Notes under the pieces: generated by a model
Databases searched by the model: none
Seen by the model: only the letters and a program-made list of their open reading frames with translations
Told to the model about the DNA's origin: nothing
Source of the DNA: an uncultured virus (IMG/VR IMGVR_UViG_3300025032_000461)
Lineage: Duplodnaviria > Heunggongvirae > Uroviricota > Caudoviricetes
DNA length: 57,273 nucleotides
Direction: 5' to 3' (one strand)
IMG/VR virus record: IMGVR_UViG_3300025032_000461
Position numbers and translations under genes: made by a program
Shown here: piece after piece, positions 30,338 through 40,402 of the stretch
How the letters are laid out: each line of letters opens with the position of its first letter
How positions within the stretch are numbered: the stretch's first letter is position 1

Positions 30338-31552
30338 TTACTCCACTAATGTCGCGGGGTCTAATGGTGTAAATTCACTTCTATTAGCTGTATCACCTAA
30401 TCCTAATTGACCATTCTCATTATTACCCACGGAATAAATTTCACCTCCACTAATAGCATAACCAAAATAACCACCAGCAACAATATTATCCAAACCACTC
30501 ATTCCTTCAACTATACCCCAATCTGATTGACTCGTTTTTCCATTTCTACCTAATTGACCATAACCATTATATCCCACAGAATAAAGAATTCCACCCTTAA
30601 CTGCGTATCCATGAATAGTACCAGCAGAAATATTCGTTACCCCATCCATTCCATTAATTACCTCCCAAGTGGACTGGTTCGTTGTTCCAGATCTACCTAG
30701 TTGACCAAACACATTATAACCCACTGAATAAAGTTTATTATCTTTTATTGCATATCCATGATGCCTTCCTGAAACTATTTTTATTAATCCATTCATTTCA
30801 CTGACAACACCCCAGTCACTTTGATCATTCGTAGCCCCCCTACCTAATTGACCATTACCATTATAACCCACCGAATAAAGTTGATTATCCTTTATTGCAT
30901 ACCCATGATTACCACCACTAACAATGGTTGCCAATCCATTCATTTCATTAACAATCCCCCATGTAGACTGATTAATCTTCCCTTCCCTACCTAATTGACC
31001 AAAGTAATTCCAGCCAACAGAATAAAGTTGAGCATCTTTTATTGCATAACCATGAGAAATACCAGCAGCGATATCTGTCACACCACTCATTTCAGATACA
31101 AGCCCCCAAGTTGATTGATTTACTTTTCCATCTCTTCCTAATTGACCATAGTTATTATTGCCTACTGAATAAAGATTATTATCTTTTATCGCATATCCAT
31201 GATTATCACCAGAGGCAATAGCTGTTACACCACTCATACCATTAACAATCCTCCAATTAGATTGGTTGGTTGTTCCTGACCAACCCAATTGTCCATATTG
31301 ATTATTACCCACTGAATAAAGTTGATTATCTCTAATTGCATAACAATGAAAAGCTCCACACTCAATTTTCGAAAACCCAAAATTATTAGTATTTTCTGGT
31401 AATACTAATTCTGCCTCTACTTCATCATTTACTAATACTGAATTCACTATTGCGTGATTATCTATTTTTGATATATAGGTGCTTTCCGCATTTGCAATGC
31501 TTGAATTTAAAACTAATATTAGTGCTATTATTTTTGGTAAGATTTTTCTCAT
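30338..31552 (-). CDS. Secreted RCC1-like beta-propeller protein, copy 3 (7 repeats)
   Basis: Same architecture. Confidence 0.9.
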   Translation of the reverse strand: MRKILPKIIALILVLNSSIANAESTYISKIDNHAIVNSVLVNDEVEAELVLPENTNNFGFSKIECGAFHCYAIRDNQLYSVGNNQYGQLGWSGTTNQSNWRIVNGMSGVTAIASGDNHGYAIKDNNLYSVGNNNYGQLGRDGKVNQSTWGLVSEMSGVTDIAAGISHGYAIKDAQLYSVGWNYFGQLGREGKINQSTWGIVNEMNGLATIVSGGNHGYAIKDNQLYSVGYNGNGQLGRGATNDQSDWGVVSEMNGLIKIVSGRHHGYAIKDNKLYSVGYNVFGQLGRSGTTNQSTWEVINGMDGVTNISAGTIHGYAVKGGILYSVGYNGYGQLGRNGKTSQSDWGIVEGMSGLDNIVAGGYFGYAISGGEIYSVGNNENGQLGLGDTANRSEFTPLDPATLVE

Positions 31553-31594
31553 TTATAACGCCTTATTTTTTATTTAATTAATATTATTTTTTGA

Positions 31595-32506
31595 TTATTC
31601 TACCAATGTCGCGGGATCTAATGGTGTAAACTCACTTCGACTAGATGTATCACCTAACCCTAACTGCCCATGTTCATTATTACCCACTGAATAAATATTT
31701 CCCTCATCTATAACATACCCATGATATCCCCCGCTAATAACATTTTTTACGCCACTCATTCCATCAACAATTGCCCACGTAGACTGATTTGTCGTTCCCG
31801 CTCTACCTAATTGACCATAATCGTTATAACCCACTGAATAAAGGTTGTTATCCTTTATTGCATAGCAATGATAAATTCCACACTCAATAGCCGTTATACC
31901 ACTAATCCCGCTCACAAGACCCCACTTAAGTTGATCTCCTGCTCTACCTAATTGCCCAAAACGGTTATCCCCCACTGAATAGAGTTGACTATCTTTTATT
32001 GCATAGCCCTGATTTCCACCAGCAGCAATAGTCGTAGTTATGCCACTCATACCATCAACAAGCCCCCATGTTGTCGCTACTCCTGACCTACCCAATTGCC
32101 CATCGCCACCATAGCCAACTGAATAAATCTGGTTATCCTTAATCGCATATCCATGATACATTCCCGCAGCGATATCCGTCACACCACTCATTCCGTTAAC
32201 AACCCCCCAAGTTGACTGACTAACCTTTCCTTCTCTACCTAGTTGCCCAAATTGATTATTACCAACTGAGTAAAGATTGCTATTTTTTATTGCATAACAA
32301 TGATAACCTCCACACTCAATTTTCGAAAACCCAAAATTATTGGTATTTTCTGGCAAAACTGGCTCTGTGGTGACTTTATCACTTACCAATACTGAATTTA
32401 CTATTGCGTGATTATCTATTTTTGATATATAGGTTCTTTCAGCATTTACAATTCCTGAGTTAAATAACATTGCTACAGCCATTATTTTTGGTAAAATTTT
32501 TCTCAT
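31595..32506 (-). CDS. Secreted RCC1-like protein, copy 4 (5 repeats)
   Basis: Same termini but only five GQLG repeats. Confidence 0.9.
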   Translation of the reverse strand: MRKILPKIMAVAMLFNSGIVNAERTYISKIDNHAIVNSVLVSDKVTTEPVLPENTNNFGFSKIECGGYHCYAIKNSNLYSVGNNQFGQLGREGKVSQSTWGVVNGMSGVTDIAAGMYHGYAIKDNQIYSVGYGGDGQLGRSGVATTWGLVDGMSGITTTIAAGGNQGYAIKDSQLYSVGDNRFGQLGRAGDQLKWGLVSGISGITAIECGIYHCYAIKDNNLYSVGYNDYGQLGRAGTTNQSTWAIVDGMSGVKNVISGGYHGYVIDEGNIYSVGNNEHGQLGLGDTSSRSEFTPLDPATLVE

Positions 32507-32650
32507 TTTTAGTGCCTTTTTTTATAACTAAAATTACTTATATAATACTATCTTATCACTCTATTTTTGTTTTTCAATTAGAATTATTTATTAATAAAAA
32601 AAAGTAAAACAATTACGTTTTACTTTTTATTTAATTAAGATTACTTTTTA

Positions 32651-33856
32651 TTATTCCACCACTAATGTCGATGGATCTAATAGCGTGAATATATTTCTAC
32701 TTACAAGATCACCTATTCCTAATTGCCCATGAGCATTATTACCCACTGAATAAATTTTTTCCTCATTTATAACATAGCCATGATATCCCCCGCCAATAAC
32801 ATTGGTTACACCACTCATTCCACTAACCACCCCCCATGTTGATTGACTAACTGTTCCTTCTCTACCTAATTGACCATTATCATTATAGCCAATTGAATAC
32901 AATTCTCTCCCTTTAACAGCATAACCATGTTCACCTCCAGCAGCGATAATACTTACTCCAGCCATTCCTCCAACTATATCCCAAGTGGATTGATTCACCT
33001 TCCCTAATCTACCTAATTGCCCGTAAGCATTATTACCCACTGAATAAAGTTGATTATCTTTGATTGCGTAGCCATATCTATTACCAGCAGCTATATCTAT
33101 TACACCATCCATTCCAGATACTATACCAAAACTAGATTGACTAGTTATTCCTGTTCTACCTAATTGACCACTATCATTTAAGCCCACAGAATAAAGTTGA
33201 TTATCCTTAATAGCATATCCATGAAATTCTCCTGCGGCAATATTAGTTACATTATTCATTCCCTCAACCACTCCCCAAGTAAATTGATTAGTCTGTCCAT
33301 TCCTACCTAGTTGACCAAAAGCGTTATAACCCACTGAATAAAGTTGATTATCCTTTACTGCATAACCATTATAAGCACCAGCAACAATAGTCGTTACACC
33401 ACTCATTCCTTCAACTATACCCCATGTTACCGTTGATCCCGACCTACCTAATTGCCCTTCACTGGTGCGACCAACTGAATAAAGCTGCCCTCCTTTTACT
33501 GCATAACCATGATAATAACCAGAAGAAATATCAGTTACACCATTCATTCCACTAACAACACCCCATAGTGGCGTTGTTGCTACTCTACCTAATTGCCCAT
33601 AACCGTTATAACCTACAGAATAAAGTTGACCGTCCTTTATTGCATAGCAATGAGAATGCCCACACTCGATTTTCGAAAATCCAAAATTATTAGTATTTTC
33701 TGGCAATACTAATTCTGTATCTACTTCATCATTTACTAATACTGAATTCACTATTGCGTGATTATCTATTTTTGATATATAAGTGCCTTCAGCACTGACA
33801 ATTGCTGAATTTAATAATAGCATTATTATTGTTATTTTTGGGAGGGATTTCTTCAT
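32651..33856 (-). CDS. Secreted RCC1-like beta-propeller protein, copy 5 (7 repeats)
   Basis: Same architecture. Confidence 0.9.
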   Translation of the reverse strand: MKKSLPKITIIMLLLNSAIVSAEGTYISKIDNHAIVNSVLVNDEVDTELVLPENTNNFGFSKIECGHSHCYAIKDGQLYSVGYNGYGQLGRVATTPLWGVVSGMNGVTDISSGYYHGYAVKGGQLYSVGRTSEGQLGRSGSTVTWGIVEGMSGVTTIVAGAYNGYAVKDNQLYSVGYNAFGQLGRNGQTNQFTWGVVEGMNNVTNIAAGEFHGYAIKDNQLYSVGLNDSGQLGRTGITSQSSFGIVSGMDGVIDIAAGNRYGYAIKDNQLYSVGNNAYGQLGRLGKVNQSTWDIVGGMAGVSIIAAGGEHGYAVKGRELYSIGYNDNGQLGREGTVSQSTWGVVSGMSGVTNVIGGGYHGYVINEEKIYSVGNNAHGQLGIGDLVSRNIFTLLDPSTLVVE

Positions 33857-33943
33857 TTGGTATGCCTTTTGTGATTAAAATTATTAGTATAATAATATAT
33901 TATCACTCTATTTTTATTTTTCAATTAGCATTATTTATTAATA

Positions 33944-33976
33944 AAAAAAAGTGAAACAATTACGTTTCACTTTTTT
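33944..33976 (-). terminator. Intrinsic terminator (homologous copies precede most array units)
   Basis: AAAAAAGTGAAAC-aattac-GTTTCACTTTTT; related hairpins at ~32600, ~30287, ~28952 and ~27596. Confidence 0.75.
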
Positions 33977-33996
33977 CTACTATTTTTCCAATGTCA

Positions 33997-34953
33997 TTAT
34001 TTTTGTTTATTTATTTTATTTATTTTTTCTTGAATAATATCATTTAACATTTGATTCGCTTTATTAATTTCTTCTTGACTTAATTTTGACAAAGATAATG
34101 TTCTTAACTTCAATGATTCCAATGTATTGATCTCTGAATACAACATAAACCACATATATGCCTCAATATAATTACCTTCCTTAAAATTAATTAAGCCTAG
34201 TTCTCTTTGCGCTATTATATTTCGACTTGTAGCAGCCAATTTTAACCAATATTTTGCTGTTTTTAAATTCCCCACAATACCATAATTGCTATTTATATAA
34301 GCCATTCCATAATTATATTGCGCTAAAGCGTTACCTTTATCTGCAAGCAATTTTAACCAAATCAACAATTCTTTATCATTATTTGCAATTTTACTTTCAT
34401 CAATCAGTAATTCTAATAAATAATTCTCAAAAAGATAGTTATTTTTATTTCCTTTTGTATTTTCATTCCATTCTATTAGTCCCACCTTGTTTTTATCTAA
34501 AAACAATTGCAAAGATAGCATCTCTGTTGCAATATTAAGATCAAGCATTACTGCTCTTTTTAAATACAAGTTATAACCTTCCATATCCCCATTCTCTTTA
34601 TATAATGAGGACAACAGATATATTGAAATTGTGTAATTTTGACTAACAGCAAGCTTATACCAATATTCTGCCTTCTGTGGACTTTTAGGCGTCCCAAGTC
34701 CCAAATGGTGAGCCTTACCCAACAAGCTTTGAGCTTCTGGCATACCTGATTTAGCAAGTTCATTTAGTATTGCGTTTGCATTTTCATATTCACCTTTTTT
34801 ATTTAAATCAATTGCTTGACTTAATAAAAACTGGTCTTTTTGAATAGATTTATTTAAAGACTGCGTAACTTCTTTATTATCTGTTGAAATACAGCCTGTT
34901 AATCCCAATAACGCAATTAATATTATTGTTATTATTTTATGATTTTGCAGCAT
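33997..34953 (-). CDS. Sel1-like repeat lipoprotein
   Basis: Lipobox LTGC; AQSLLGKAHHLGLGTPKSPQKAEYWYKLA, AQYNYGMAY...AKYWLKLAA and EAYMWF. Confidence 0.85.
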   Translation of the reverse strand: MLQNHKIITIILIALLGLTGCISTDNKEVTQSLNKSIQKDQFLLSQAIDLNKKGEYENANAILNELAKSGMPEAQSLLGKAHHLGLGTPKSPQKAEYWYKLAVSQNYTISIYLLSSLYKENGDMEGYNLYLKRAVMLDLNIATEMLSLQLFLDKNKVGLIEWNENTKGNKNNYLFENYLLELLIDESKIANNDKELLIWLKLLADKGNALAQYNYGMAYINSNYGIVGNLKTAKYWLKLAATSRNIIAQRELGLINFKEGNYIEAYMWFMLYSEINTLESLKLRTLSLSKLSQEEINKANQMLNDIIQEKINKINKQK

Positions 34954-35112
34954 TTAACGCTCCTTTATTTTTTTGTCATTTTACATTATAATTACTAAAA
35001 AATCAACATAAAAATACTGATTTTACAATATTATTATTCAATACTTGACTTAGCCTACCTAACATTATATTATATTACTAGTTCTTCTCTCCAACGGAAA
35101 AGTATAAAAAAA

Positions 35113-35448
35113 ATGAAAAAAATAACTATGATAGCATTATTTTTATTAACACTAATGTTATCAAGTTCAATTAATGCGAAACCAATTAAGCAGTCTATAG
35201 TTAAGATATGTCAGTTTACTGCGCTTCATAATAATATTATTAGTGACAATCCTTACAATTGCACTAAAGATATTAAAAAATTTTATGAAGACAAAAATTT
35301 TAACAAATATGATATAAATGATGTTCTTTTTCTTGCCGAGCCTGCTGCTTGTCCGAAGGGATATAATCATTCTAAAATTGAAGAAAATATGCGACACAAC
35401 AAAGATAAAACAAATACATATCAGGTGAAACGTATTTGTTTTAAATAA
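35113..35448 (+). CDS. Small secreted Cys-containing protein
   Basis: Signal peptide (SSINA); 4 Cys including CPKGY. Confidence 0.7.
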   Translation: MKKITMIALFLLTLMLSSSINAKPIKQSIVKICQFTALHNNIISDNPYNCTKDIKKFYEDKNFNKYDINDVLFLAEPAACPKGYNHSKIEENMRHNKDKTNTYQVKRICFK

Positions 35449-36627
35449 TTAATATGGATATCTAGGGTTTTTAAATTCTGGGGTTTTTTTATTTTCTTTT
35501 TTAGCTATAAAACTTATTACGTCTAAATCTAGCGGAATATCATGAGTAATATAATCATTCCATAGTTCCTTCGTTACGTCCTTTACATTGTCTTCTATAT
35601 TGACTGAAATCAATGTTGTGAATTCCGTTTTTTCTCTTAATTTCCTAAATGCTTCTTTTATTTCCTCATAAAATACCTTACCTTCTTCTAAATTATTTAT
35701 GGCAAGATCTTTAATGTTATTATTCTGTGTGACAAAAATATTTTTATCCTCTATTAAACTTAACGTCCTTAATAGTAAGTTTTCTGCATAATCGTCATGT
35801 TCCACCTGATATACCTCTACACTTCCATCAAAATACATTGCTCTATCAACAATCTTAGTCAGTAACCCTAAATCATCTACAGTTGTCATCCCTAAATCAA
35901 CTAAGTCGTTCTCATAATTTTCGATTACATCAATTACACTCTCTTCAATTTGAGCTAATTCTGGTGAACTATATGCATGTAGTTCTTCAAGATCTAATAT
36001 TTCTATGTCGTAAAATTCTTCTGCGTCAGAAGTTACCTCTTGGATCATATCTAATACAGGACTTAATTCAGTCCTAATTTTATCAGCTAATGTCTCCTTG
36101 GTGTATCCTTGGTATTCGTAATCAATGTGAGCGCCAACAATTAAACCTTCTACTCTTTCGTAACTAATATTTATTGCCGTTAATGCATCTTCTAGATCTC
36201 TTACGCATTGGCCTTCAAATGCGCCTGCCACCAATACCTTATTAGCATACTTTAATTCTTTTTGCCAATCCTCTATAACAACAATATTATCTTCTTCAGC
36301 GTCATCTCTTGTGCTTTTACACCAATCAACGCCTTCCTTATTTTCCTTAGACCATTCAAGATAACACTCTTCATCTTCTGGTATACGCCAATTATAACCA
36401 TACTCAGTAACCTTTAACATAATTCCTCTCTCACTACAAATATTAACTAATTTATAATGGTCATAATTTGTTTCTTCACCCTCAAATAAAGGCAATATTA
36501 CTTGATCTATATTTGTATTCTTGATATAGTCGGTAACTTTCCCCATTTCATTTTCAAAACTTGTTCCCTCATTATTAAATCCATTTTCCCAGTAACTACT
36601 AAAATGATGAAGAATTAGTACATTCAT
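35449..36627 (-). CDS. Acidic protein with possible isochorismatase/cysteine-hydrolase-like N-terminal domain
   Basis: VLILHHF...VLVAGAFEGQCVRDL motif; basic C-terminal tail KKENKKTPEFKNPRYPY. Confidence 0.5.
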   Translation of the reverse strand: MNVLILHHFSSYWENGFNNEGTSFENEMGKVTDYIKNTNIDQVILPLFEGEETNYDHYKLVNICSERGIMLKVTEYGYNWRIPEDEECYLEWSKENKEGVDWCKSTRDDAEEDNIVVIEDWQKELKYANKVLVAGAFEGQCVRDLEDALTAINISYERVEGLIVGAHIDYEYQGYTKETLADKIRTELSPVLDMIQEVTSDAEEFYDIEILDLEELHAYSSPELAQIEESVIDVIENYENDLVDLGMTTVDDLGLLTKIVDRAMYFDGSVEVYQVEHDDYAENLLLRTLSLIEDKNIFVTQNNNIKDLAINNLEEGKVFYEEIKEAFRKLREKTEFTTLISVNIEDNVKDVTKELWNDYITHDIPLDLDVISFIAKKENKKTPEFKNPRYPY

Positions 36628-36725
36628 TATATTTTCCTTTTTATTATATAATAATATTATAACATTATTTTTTAAAAGAACTATACATTAATTCTTCTCC
36701 AAAGATAATTTAACCAATATCAATA

Positions 36726-37148
36726 TTAAACAGTTAAAATATACTTTTCTCCAAATCTTTTTTCATAAATTTTTATTGCTTCAGTTTTTTTATTATATTT
36801 TTTTCCAAATATTAATTGATCTACAAGGTAATTAAATCCATAAACTTTTTTACCTTCTTTTAAAGGAAGATCTTTCTGCCTAGCTATATATTCTAAAAAA
36901 TCTGATTGGTTTAAATCAGCAACTTCACTCTCTAACTCTCTTGTCTTTACCTTCATTACTTTACAAGCAATTGATAAGTAAATTCCATTCTTAATCATTA
37001 GTGATAAAAATAATAAACTTAGCACACTGCACACAAGCACAAACAAAAAAGATAACTCAATATAATAACTCATTGAAAAAGCAAATATTAAGACCATTAA
37101 AATTCCCAAAAAATACATCTTTATCATTAAACCTAAATACTCAAACAT
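36726..37148 (-). CDS. Hypothetical membrane protein
   Basis: Two N-terminal TM helices; GAGGA RBS. Confidence 0.7.
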   Translation of the reverse strand: MFEYLGLMIKMYFLGILMVLIFAFSMSYYIELSFLFVLVCSVLSLLFLSLMIKNGIYLSIACKVMKVKTRELESEVADLNQSDFLEYIARQKDLPLKEGKKVYGFNYLVDQLIFGKKYNKKTEAIKIYEKRFGEKYILTV

Positions 37149-37296
37149 TACCTTTCCTCAAAAAAAACACCATTTTCATTCAAACATATTCTTCTTAAAA
37201 AATCAATCCTTTCTCGACAATAATCTTACTCAATATTGACAATAAAATTAAACAATATACAGTAATCTCAATTAATATCTAAAAGTAAGGAAGAAT

Positions 37297-38274
37297 ATGT
37301 TTTTAAAAATCTCACAATTTATCAAAAACACTCAACAAGAAAATACAGAGTATAATGATAAGAAAAAATTACATATAGAAGTTAAACAAGAACTTAATAT
37401 AAAAACCCCTCTTCATATTATTTGGATGAACATTTTTGCATTCCCGATTAAGTTAATGCATTTATGTACAAAATCATATTTATTTATTATTTTTGGTTTA
37501 CTTGCAGTATTTATATACAACAATAACTTATCACTTTATCAACACTATGAATATAAAGTAAATAACATTATTCAACCAGAGAGCGCATTACTATTAGAAG
37601 ATTATTCTTTTAAAATCAGCCAATATAGTCCTAATATAATAAAGGATGAGAACAAAACTGAATTTAGCGAAATTGATAAATTATTTATTACACAAAATAG
37701 CACAAAAGAAAGCGCTCTTTTAAAAAAAACTAAGCCTTATATTGATAATTATTATAGGTTAAATAATGATATCGGAAAATTCATTATTGGCACAAGTAAA
37801 AATGGCATTCAATTTTACCATGCAACCCTTTATAATAATTCAACTTATGAGCATTTAACTTCAGAAGCTATCAAAAATTATAAATTTAATTATGAAGACA
37901 AAAACATATTTAGCATTTTGGATAATTACAAGAAACACCAAAATACCACTTACTCTTTTGCAACCTTCAGACCATTATCACTTGAGTTAAAAACTATTAA
38001 TTTTTTACCCAGTAAAAATGAGTCTCAAAAAACAGTTACTACTAAAATATTTAAAAACACAGAAGATCTTACTATATCATATTACAAATACCAATCAGTC
38101 TCAGAAGATTTTAATAATTTGGCAGAATTATATAATTCAACATTGGATTTTTTTCATATCTTTATTATTGTATCTTTATTTAATTCGGCAATATTTATAA
38201 TCTTTTTAAGGCCAATAATTAAAAGAAAAAATTTAGCAGAATTTAATCGAGTTATTAAGTTAAAATATCCATAA
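37297..38274 (+). CDS. Hypothetical membrane protein (TM-periplasmic-TM)
   Basis: TTGACA promoter, AAGGA RBS, two hydrophobic segments. Confidence 0.7.
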   Translation: MFLKISQFIKNTQQENTEYNDKKKLHIEVKQELNIKTPLHIIWMNIFAFPIKLMHLCTKSYLFIIFGLLAVFIYNNNLSLYQHYEYKVNNIIQPESALLLEDYSFKISQYSPNIIKDENKTEFSEIDKLFITQNSTKESALLKKTKPYIDNYYRLNNDIGKFIIGTSKNGIQFYHATLYNNSTYEHLTSEAIKNYKFNYEDKNIFSILDNYKKHQNTTYSFATFRPLSLELKTINFLPSKNESQKTVTTKIFKNTEDLTISYYKYQSVSEDFNNLAELYNSTLDFFHIFIIVSLFNSAIFIIFLRPIIKRKNLAEFNRVIKLKYP

Positions 38275-38341
38275 ATGTGACCTAAGTATATAAGATTATA
38301 CGCCATATTCAAAGTATTTTAATAAAATATATTACTATCTA

Positions 38342-38369
38342 TTGACAAACTTTACTAAAAAATTATACT
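38342..38369 (+). promoter_or_regulatory. Near-consensus sigma70 promoter
   Basis: TTGACA-16nt-TATACT upstream of the AAGGA RBS. Confidence 0.7.
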
Positions 38370-38401
38370 ACCTCAACAAACATTAATTAAAAGGATGAAT
38401 C

Positions 38402-39097
38402 ATGAATAAAAAAGTAAATACAATAAAAGGAGGTGGAATTAAATTAACTTCCACAATTAATATTTTTTTAATTTTCATATTTATGATTTTTATCATTATT
38501 GCTCTTTTTGGACAGATACTAAGATTAGATGCTAAATATATGGATTCTGAAATTATGTTTATGCCTCAGTATAACAATCATACTTCTTCTAAGTCTTTTG
38601 ATATAATTGAGTCTTGTGAAGATAAAAATACACATAATTATATAAGTAAATTCACTGATCTACTCCTTTTTCCTTTTACAGGGAAAGATACTGAATATCT
38701 ATATAATAAATCTTGTCAAGAACTTTATTATGACGCCAAATATTTAGCCTATAAACATAATAAGAATTTAGGAACTAATTATAATTATAATGGATTTGCA
38801 TTATTTTACGATGGTAATTATTCCAGAAGTTTCCCACTTTATTTAAAAAATAATGAATTATATTATTATTTTGGAGAAAAATTTTCACCACAAAATAAAT
38901 TATCAGATGAAGATTATAAGTCATTATCTATTAAAATTAATGATATATCTCTATACTATTCACGAGATTTTGAAGTAGCTAAAGATTATTGCAAGCAGAA
39001 TGGAGACAAAGAGGTTAAAATTAATAAGCATAACAATAAAATTGTTTACACGATAACCAAAAATAATAAATCAACCTTCTCATATACATGTCAGTAA
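38402..39097 (+). CDS. Membrane-anchored hypothetical protein
   Basis: N-terminal hydrophobic helix; 4 Cys. Confidence 0.7.
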   Translation: MNKKVNTIKGGGIKLTSTINIFLIFIFMIFIIIALFGQILRLDAKYMDSEIMFMPQYNNHTSSKSFDIIESCEDKNTHNYISKFTDLLLFPFTGKDTEYLYNKSCQELYYDAKYLAYKHNKNLGTNYNYNGFALFYDGNYSRSFPLYLKNNELYYYFGEKFSPQNKLSDEDYKSLSIKINDISLYYSRDFEVAKDYCKQNGDKEVKINKHNNKIVYTITKNNKSTFSYTCQ

Positions 39098-39105
39098 TCT
39101 TTTTT

Positions 39106-39132
39106 AGTCGCCAATTAATATAATTGGCGACT
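39106..39132. terminator. Intrinsic terminator
   Basis: AGTCGCCAATTA-ata-TAATTGGCGACT perfect stem between convergent genes. Confidence 0.8.
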
Positions 39133-39146
39133 CCAACATTACTAGC

Positions 39147-39560
39147 TTACTCTTTTTCTATCGGAATATATGATACTTTTGAAGCTTCTACATGATAATA
39201 TGAGGAGCCATTCAAATCTTCTGGCAATATTGGGTTCGATTTAATCCATTTCTCTATCTGCAAATCAAACTCTGAAATTACAGTAATTGGGGTTTGCTTA
39301 GGTTTTTTGTAGTAATTATAAACACCAAGCTTAACATGAACTGGTATAACAAAGTCTTTCTTCTCTATATTTCTTGAATAATTAATCTTAATTGTGCCTT
39401 TAAAACCTAGATTGTTATCTTCAAACCACAAAAAGAACTTCTCTGTCCCTTCTTCATTTTCGAATAAAAATCGATCACCTTTTGAGCTTTTACCTCTTTG
39501 CCATATCGACAACAATCTTAATTTACCTAGTATTGGAAATCTAAAATTATAAACTGTCAT
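39147..39560 (-). CDS. Hypothetical protein
   Basis: AGGAG RBS; 137 aa. Confidence 0.7.
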   Translation of the reverse strand: MTVYNFRFPILGKLRLLSIWQRGKSSKGDRFLFENEEGTEKFFLWFEDNNLGFKGTIKINYSRNIEKKDFVIPVHVKLGVYNYYKKPKQTPITVISEFDLQIEKWIKSNPILPEDLNGSSYYHVEASKVSYIPIEKE

Positions 39561-39677
39561 TTTCTTCTCCTTTTATATGTAATTTTAGTATACAGTTTTT
39601 AAAACAACTTGTAAACATTGTTTTTAAATCCAACAATGATATCATTAAATAATGATTACTTTACAAAGGATGGCCTT

Positions 39678-40367
39678 ATGTTTTTCTTCTCTACACTATT
39701 ATTAATACTCAATACACTTATCCTATTGTTTAACTTATACCTTCATGACACTAGGTTTAATTTCCCTTACTTTGAATTAGCATTACCTTATACTCCCAAT
39801 AACTACATTGTCCATTTTATCTCTTTCTTGTTTTTTTCTTTCTCTATTTTCATTTATTATTATTTATTTAAGAAATTTTCTCCTAGGTATAGAGTTTACA
39901 TTGCCAACAAAGTTATTAAAAAAATAAGAAAAGATAAAGATAATTATAATAATGCCCAAAGACTATCCTATCTTAGAACTATTGATCCTTTTGTTTTTGA
40001 AGAAATATTGCTTTCTCTTTTTCAAGAACGTGGATTTAAAATAAAAAGAAATAAAAAATATACTGGTGATGGAGGTAGTGATGGTGTTATATGGTTTAAC
40101 GGCCATAAAACACACATACAGGCAAAAAGATATAAAGCATATATCAATAAGGCACACATTATTAAACTACACCAATTAACGCTAAAAAGTAAGTCAAAAG
40201 GGATTTTTATTCACACTGGTAAAACAGGAAAAGGGAGTTTAGGTTCTGCGCAGGAACTTGGCATTGATATTGTTTCTGGGGATAAATTAATTCAATTTTT
40301 ACTAGGAGAAAATATTTATATCTTTAATACGTTAACTCAAGTAAATTGCAAAATTAAAAATAAATAA
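39678..40367 (+). CDS. Membrane-anchored Mrr-like PD-(D/E)xK restriction endonuclease
   Basis: DPFVFEEILLSLF..RGF...TGDGGSDG...IQAKRY...GIFIHTG; N-terminal TM helices. Confidence 0.85.
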   Translation: MFFFSTLLLILNTLILLFNLYLHDTRFNFPYFELALPYTPNNYIVHFISFLFFSFSIFIYYYLFKKFSPRYRVYIANKVIKKIRKDKDNYNNAQRLSYLRTIDPFVFEEILLSLFQERGFKIKRNKKYTGDGGSDGVIWFNGHKTHIQAKRYKAYINKAHIIKLHQLTLKSKSKGIFIHTGKTGKGSLGSAQELGIDIVSGDKLIQFLLGENIYIFNTLTQVNCKIKNK

Positions 40368-40371
40368 ATTA

Positions 40372-40397
40372 AAAAAGCAGGTATTTAACCTGCTTTT
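40372..40397. terminator. Bidirectional terminator
   Basis: AAAAGCAGGT-attta-ACCTGCTTTT. Confidence 0.8.
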
Positions 40398-40402
40398 ATT
40401 TA

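Noticed and set aside
27645..33856. DGR- or shufflon-driven diversification of the RCC1 array
   Set aside because: No reverse transcriptase, non-coding template repeat, recombinase or inverted cassettes are visible. All copies are co-oriented full genes, and the differences do not look adenine-specific by eye.
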